From: Auanema rhodensis
Lineage: Eukaryota; Animalia; Nematoda
Direction of reading: 5' to 3'
Length of the DNA stretch: 64,000 bases
NCBI GenBank assembly: GCA_964057225.1
Contig: OZ059899.1
Coordinates: forward strand, 18,600,001 to 18,664,000
The position numbers and the translations under genes are program-made. A model generated the notes under the pieces. That model was not told the origin of the DNA and made no database searches. It saw only the letters and a list, made by a program, of their open reading frames with translations. Below, piece by piece: positions 58,001 to 64,000 of this stretch (the stretch's first letter is position 1; every line of letters starts with the position of its first letter).

Positions 58001-61000
58001 CAATGTTATTCAACAAAAAAATTAATTCTGCAGAATGAAAATCGAGGATATAAGTGTGAACTTATATCAGTTGATATCTCGGTGCATTTTTAAGCTAGCG
58101 CAAATCTGATAACACAGATCGACGCAGCTTAAAAATCCGCATCGAATGCACTATACAACAGTGAGAAACGCTTAATACAAAAATTAGTTATGATCGTTTG
58201 AAAAATGATGCATTAGTGTATGTTGAGTTTCCATGTACACTCAACATTGCTTCCAAAAACATTTTGACAAAAATTTTTCCGAAAAATTTCAAAATAATTT
58301 TGCAAAAAGTAGATGTTTTTAGATTCCTTTTTTCAAGGCAAAGACGATGGACAATGTTATTCAACGAAAAAATTAATTCTCCAGGGTGAAAATCGAGGAT
58401 GTAAGTGTGAACTTATATCAGTTGATATCTCGGTGCATTTTTAAGCTAGCGCAAATCTGATAACACAGATCGACGCAGCTTAGAAATCCGCATCGAATGC
58501 ACTATACTACATCGAGAAACGCTTAATACAAAAATTAGTTATGATCGTTTGAAAAATGATGCATTAGTGTATGTTGAGTCTCCATGTACACTCAACATTG
58601 CTTCCAAAAACATTTTTACAAAAATTTTTCCGAAAAATTTCGAAACAATTTCGCAAAAAGTAGATGTTTTTAGATTCCGTTTTTCAAGGCAAAGACGATG
58701 GACAAAGTTATTCAACGAAAAAATTAATTCTGCAGGGTGAAAATCGAGGATATAAGTGTGAACTTATATCAGTTGATATCTCGGTGCATTTTTAAGCTAG
58801 CGCAAATCTGATAACACAGATCGACGCAGCTTAAAAATCCGCATCGAATGCACTATACAACATTGAGAAACGCTTAATACAAAAATTAGTTAAGATCGTT
58901 TGAAAAAAGATGCATTAGTGAATGTTGAGTTTCCATGTACACTCAACATTGCTTCCAAAAACATTTTGACAAAAATTTTTCCAAAAAATTTCAAAATAAT
59001 TTCGCAAAAAGTAAATGTTTTTAGATTCCGTTTTTCAAGGCAAAAACGATACACAATGTTATTCAACAAAAAAATTAATTCTGCAGAATGAAAATCGAGG
59101 ATATAAGTGTGAACTTATATCAGTTGATATCTCGGTGCATTTTTAAGCTAGCGCAAATCTGATAACACAGATCGACGCAGCTTAAAAATCCGCATCGAAT
59201 GCACTATACAACAGTGAGAAACGCTTAATACAAAAATTAGTTATGATCGTTTGAAAAATGATGCATTAGTGTATGTTGAGTTTCCATGTACACTCAACAT
59301 TGCTTCCAAAAACATTTTGACAAAAATTTTTCCGAAAAATTTCAAAATAATTTTGCAAAAAGTAGATGTTTTTAGATTCCTTTTTTCAAGGCAAAGACGA
59401 TGGACAATGTTATTCAACGAAAAAATTAATTCTCCAGGGTGAAAATCGAGGATGTAAGTGTGAACTTATATCAGTTGATATCTCGGTGCATTTTTAAGCT
59501 AGCGCAAATCTGATAACACAGATCGACGCAGCTTAGAAATCCGCATCGAATGCACTATACTACATCGAGAAACGCTTAATACAAAAATTAGTTATGATCG
59601 TTTGAAAAATGATGCATTAGTGTATGTTGAGTCTCCATGTACACTCAACATTGCTTCCAAAAACATTTTTACAAAAATTTTTCCGAAAAATTTCGAAACA
59701 ATTTCGCAAAAAGTAGATGTTTTTAGATTCCTTTTTTCAAGGCAAAGACGATGGACATTGTTATTCAACGAAAAAATTAATTCTGCAGGGTGAAAATCGA
59801 GGATATAAGTGTGAACTTATATCAGTTGATATCTCGGTGCATTTTTAAGGTAGCGCAAATCTGATAACACAGATCGACGCAGCTTAGAAATCCGCATCGA
59901 ATGCACTATACTACATCGAGAAACGCTTAATACAAAAATTAGTTATGATCGTTTGAAAAAAGATGCATTAGTGTAAGTTGAGTTTCCATGTACACTCAAC
60001 ATTGCTTCCAAAAACATTTTTACAAAAATTTTTCCGAAAAATTTCGAAATAATTTCGCAGAAAGTAGATGTTTTTAAATTCCTTTTTTCAAGGCAAAGAC
60101 GATGGACATTGTTATTCAACGAAAAAATTAATTCTGCAGGGTGAAAATTGAGGATATAAGTGTGAACTTATATTAGTTGATATCTCGGTGCATTTTTAAG
60201 CTAGCGCAAATCTGATAACACAGATCGACGCAGCTTAAAAATCCGCATCGAATGCACTATACTACATTGAGAAACGCTTAATACAAAAATTAGTTATGAT
60301 CGTTTGAAAAATGATGCATTAGTGTATGTTGAGTTTCCATGTACACTCAACATTGCTTCCAAAAACATTTTGACAAAAATTTTTCCGAAAAATTTCAAAA
60401 TAATTTTGCAAAAAGTAGATGTTTTTAGATTCCTTTTTTCAAGGCAAAGACGATGGACAAAGTTATTCAACGAAAAAATTAATTCTGCAGGGTGAAAATC
60501 GAGGATATAAGTGTGAACTTATATCAGTTGATATCTCGGTGCATTTTTAAGCTAGCGCAAATCTGATAACACAGATCGACGCAGCTTAAAAATCCGCATC
60601 GAATGCACTATACAACAGTGAGAAACGCTTAATACAAAAATTAGTTATGATCGTTTGAAAAATGATGCATTAGTGTATGTTGAGTTTCCATGTACACTCA
60701 ACATTGCTTCCAAAAACATTTTGACAAAAATTTTTCCGAAAAATTTCAAAATAATTTTGCAAAAAGTAGATGTTTTTAGATTCCTTTTTTCAAGGCAAAG
60801 ACGATGGACAAAGTTATTCAACGAAAAAATTAATTCTGCAGGGTGAAAATCGAGGATATAAGTGTGAACTTATATCAGTTGATATCTCGGTGCATTTTTA
60901 AGCTAGCGCAAATCTGATAACACAGATCGACGCAGCTTAAAAATCCGCATCGAATGCACTATACAACATTGAGAAACGCTTAATACAAAAATTAGTTATG

Positions 61001-64000
61001 ATCGTTTGAAAAAAGATGCATTAGTGTATGTTGAGTTTCCATGTACACTCAACATTGCTTCCAAAAACATTTTGACAAAAATTTTTCCAAAAAATTTCAA
61101 AATAATTTCGCAAAAAGTAAATGTTTTTAGATTCTTTTTTTCAAGGCAAAGACGATGGACAATGTTATTCAACGAAAAAATTAATTCTCCAGGGTGAAAA
61201 TCGAGGATGTAAGTGTGAACTTATATCAGTTGATATCTCGGTGCATTTTTAAGGTAGCGCAAATCTGATAACACAGATCGACGCAGCTTAAAAATCCGCA
61301 TCGAATGCACTATACAACATTGAGAAACGCTTAATAAAAAATTAGTTATGATCGTTTGAAAAATGATGCATTAGTGTATGTTGAGTTTCCATGTACACTC
61401 AACATTGCTTCCAAAAACATTTTGACAAAAATTTTTCCGAAAAATTTCAAAATAATTTTGCAAAAAGTAGATGTTTTTAGATTCCTTTTTTCAAGGCAAA
61501 GACGATGGACAAAGTTATTCAACGAAAAAATTAATTCTGCAGGGTGAAAATCGAGGATATAAGTGCAAACTTATATCAGTTGATATCTCGGTGCATTTTT
61601 AAGCTAGCGCAAATCTGATAACACAGATCGACGCAGCTTAAAAATCCGCATCGAATGCACTATACAACATTGAGAAACGCTTATAACAAATATTAGTTAA
61701 GATCGTTTGAAAAAAGATGCATTAGTGTATGTTGAATTTCCATGTACACTCAACATTGCTTCCAAAAACATTTTGACAAAAATTTTTCCGAAAAATTTCA
61801 AAATAATTTTGCAAAAAGTAGATGTTTTTAGATTCCTTTTTTCAAGGCAAAGACGATGGACAAAGTTATTCAACGAAAAAATTAATTCTGCAGGGTGAAA
61901 ATCGAGGATATAAGTGTGAACTTATATCAGTTGATATCTCGGTGCATTTTTAAGCTAGCGCAAATCTGATAACACAGATCGACGCAGCTTAAAAATCCGC
62001 ATCGAATGCACTATACAACATTGAGAAACGCTTAATACAAAAATTAGTTAAGATCGTTTGAAAAAAGATGCATTAGTGTATGTTGAGTTTCCATGTACAC
62101 TCAACATTGCTTCCAAAAACATTTTGACAAAAATTTTTCCAAAAAATTTCAAAATAATTTCGCAAAAAGTAATAGTTTTTAGATTTCTTTTTTCAAGGCA
62201 AAGACGATGGACAATGTTATTCAACGAAAAAATTAATTCTCCAGGGTGAAAATCGAGGATGTAAGTGTGAACTTATATCAGTTGATATCTCGGTGCATTT
62301 TTAAGCTAGCGCAAATCTGATAACACAGATCGACGCAGCTTAAAAATCCGCATCGAATGCACTATACAACATTGAGAAACGCTTAATACAAAAATTAGTT
62401 ATGATCGTTTGAAAAATGATGCATTAGTGTATGTTGAGTTTCCATGTACACTCAACATTGCTTCCAAAAACATTTTTACAAAAATTTTTCCGGAAAATTT
62501 CGAAACAATTTCGCAAAAAGTAGATGTTTTTAGATTCCTTTTTTCAAGGCAAAGACGATGGACAATGTTATTCAACGAAAAAATTAATTCTGCAGGGTGA
62601 AAATCGAGGATATAAGTGTGAACTTATATCAGTTGATATCTCGGTGCATTTTTAAGCTAGCGCAAATCTGATAACACAGATCGACGCAGCTTAAAAATCC
62701 GCATCGAATGCACTATACTACATTGAGAAACGCTTAATACAAAAATTAGTTATGATCGTTTGAAAAATGATGCATTAGTGTATGTTGAGTTTCCATGTAC
62801 ACTCAACATTGCTTCCAAAAACATTTTGACAAAAATTTTTCCGAAAAATTTCAAAATAATTTTGCAAAAAGTAGATGTTTTTAGATTCCTTTTTTCAAGG
62901 CAAAGACGATGGACAAAGTTATTCAACGAAAAAATTAATTCTGCAGGGTGAAAATCGAGGATATAAGTGTGAACTTATATCAGTTGATATCTCGGTGCAT
63001 TTTTAAGCTAGTGCAAATCTGATAACACAGATCGACGCAGCTTAAAAATCCGCATCGAATGCACTATACAACATTGAGAAACGCTTAATACAAAAATTAG
63101 TTAAGATCGTTTGAAAAAAGATGCATTAGTGTATGTTGAGTTTCCATGTACACTCAACATTGCTTCCAAAAACATTTTGACAAAAATTTTTCCAAAAAAT
63201 TTCAAAATAATTTCGCAAAAAGTAAATGTTTTTAGATTCCTTTTTTCAAGGCAAAGACGATGGACAATGTTATTCAACGAAAAAATTAATTCTCCAGGGT
63301 GAAAATCGAGGATGTAAGTGTGAACTTATATCAGTTGATATCTCGGTGCATTTTTAAGCTAGCGCAAATCTGATAACACAGATCGACGCAGCTTAAAAAT
63401 CCGCATCGAATGCACTATACAACATTGAGAAACGCTTAATACAAAAATTAGTTAAGATCGTTTGAAAAAAGATGCATTAGTGTATGTTGAGTTTCCATGT
63501 ACACTCAACATTGCTTCCAAAAACATTTTGACAAAAATTTTTCCAAAAAATTTCAAAATAATTTCGCAAAAAGTAAATGTTTTTAGATTCCTTTTTTCAA
63601 GGCAAAGACGATGGACAATGTTATTCAACGAAAAAATTAATTCTCCAGGGTGAAAATCGAGGATGTAAGTGTGAACTTATATCAGTTGATATCTCGGTGC
63701 ATTTTTAAGCTAGCGCAAATCTGATAACACAGATCGACGCAGCTTAAAAATCCGCATCGAATGCACTATACAACATTGAGAAACGCTTAATACAAAAATT
63801 AGTTATGATCGTTTGAAAAATGATGCATTAGTGTATGTTGAGTTTCCATGTACACTCAACATTGCTTCCAAAAACATTTTTACAAAAATTTTTCCGGAAA
63901 ATTTCGAAACAATTTCGCAAAAAGTAGATGTTTTTAGATTCCTTTTTTCAAGGCAAAGACGATGGACAATGTTATTCAACGAAAAAATTAATTCTGCAGG
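31021..64000 (+). repeat. Subfamily domain C with its own variant set and local 3-, 4-, 5- and 6-mer HORs
   Basis: taaggtagc, aaaaagccg, gtgtaagttg, gcagaaagt, tttaaattcc, gacattgtt and gagtctcc appear only after ~31.05 kb. Domain A markers gctttcaaaa, gtatactc, ggagatg and aaaattcc are absent after ~30.6 kb. Confidence 0.85.

Larger units (their letters stand above)
1..64000 (+). repeat. Tandem satellite DNA array, 351-bp monomer, ~182 head-to-tail copies, extending beyond both window edges
   Basis: Homologous positions recur every 351 bp (987, 1338, 1689 ... 41352 spans 115 exact periods). Only four 350-bp units occur (1-bp deletions near 710, 42033, 44138, 61336). Monomers differ by a handful of substitutions, and no non-repeat sequence is present. 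Confidence 0.99.

Noticed and set aside
286-63653. Tandem multigene family encoding a 63-aa peptide (MKNDALVYVEF...)
   Set aside because: The start is TTG. The K/F/I/N-rich composition just reflects A/T tracts, and variants are mostly amino-acid-changing. A TAT->TAA stop has spread to 13 copies (33630, 33981, 35385, 37140, 38895, 40299, 41703, 43808, 51529, 52582, 54337, 56443, 59953) and the copy at 637 is frameshifted. No domain is recognisable.
1-64000. CRISPR array or integron cassette array (hairpin at 167-233 superficially attC-like)
   Set aside because: There are no unique spacers or cassettes, the whole 351 bp is repeated, and no cas or integrase gene is present.

Overview
The whole 64 kb window is one uninterrupted head-to-tail tandem array of an AT-rich 351-bp monomer (~33% GC by hand count of one unit; ~182 copies; all in the same orientation). 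It looks like eukaryotic satellite DNA, possibly (peri)centromeric; the species is not identifiable from the sequence. I see no genuine genes, RNA genes, TE insertions, inversions or unique spacers. The repeated 63-aa ORF is best read as an artefact of the monomer: it starts at TTG, variation is mostly amino-acid-changing, 13 copies carry an early TAA and one is frameshifted. There are two layers of structure. (1) Each monomer is dense in dyad symmetry: two perfect 9-bp hairpins, a ~67-nt imperfect hairpin, short palindromes in an A/T-tract block, and a ~118-bp nested spaced dyad with a 13-bp central spacer. (2) SNP haplotypes divide the array into domains with shifting 3- to 6-mer higher-order repeats, recombinant monomers, an embedded variant island (~8.6-12.9 kb), a sharp subfamily boundary at ~31 kb, and a block duplicated 49 monomers away with a breakpoint mappable to ~20 bp. 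No novel protein-coding system is supported.
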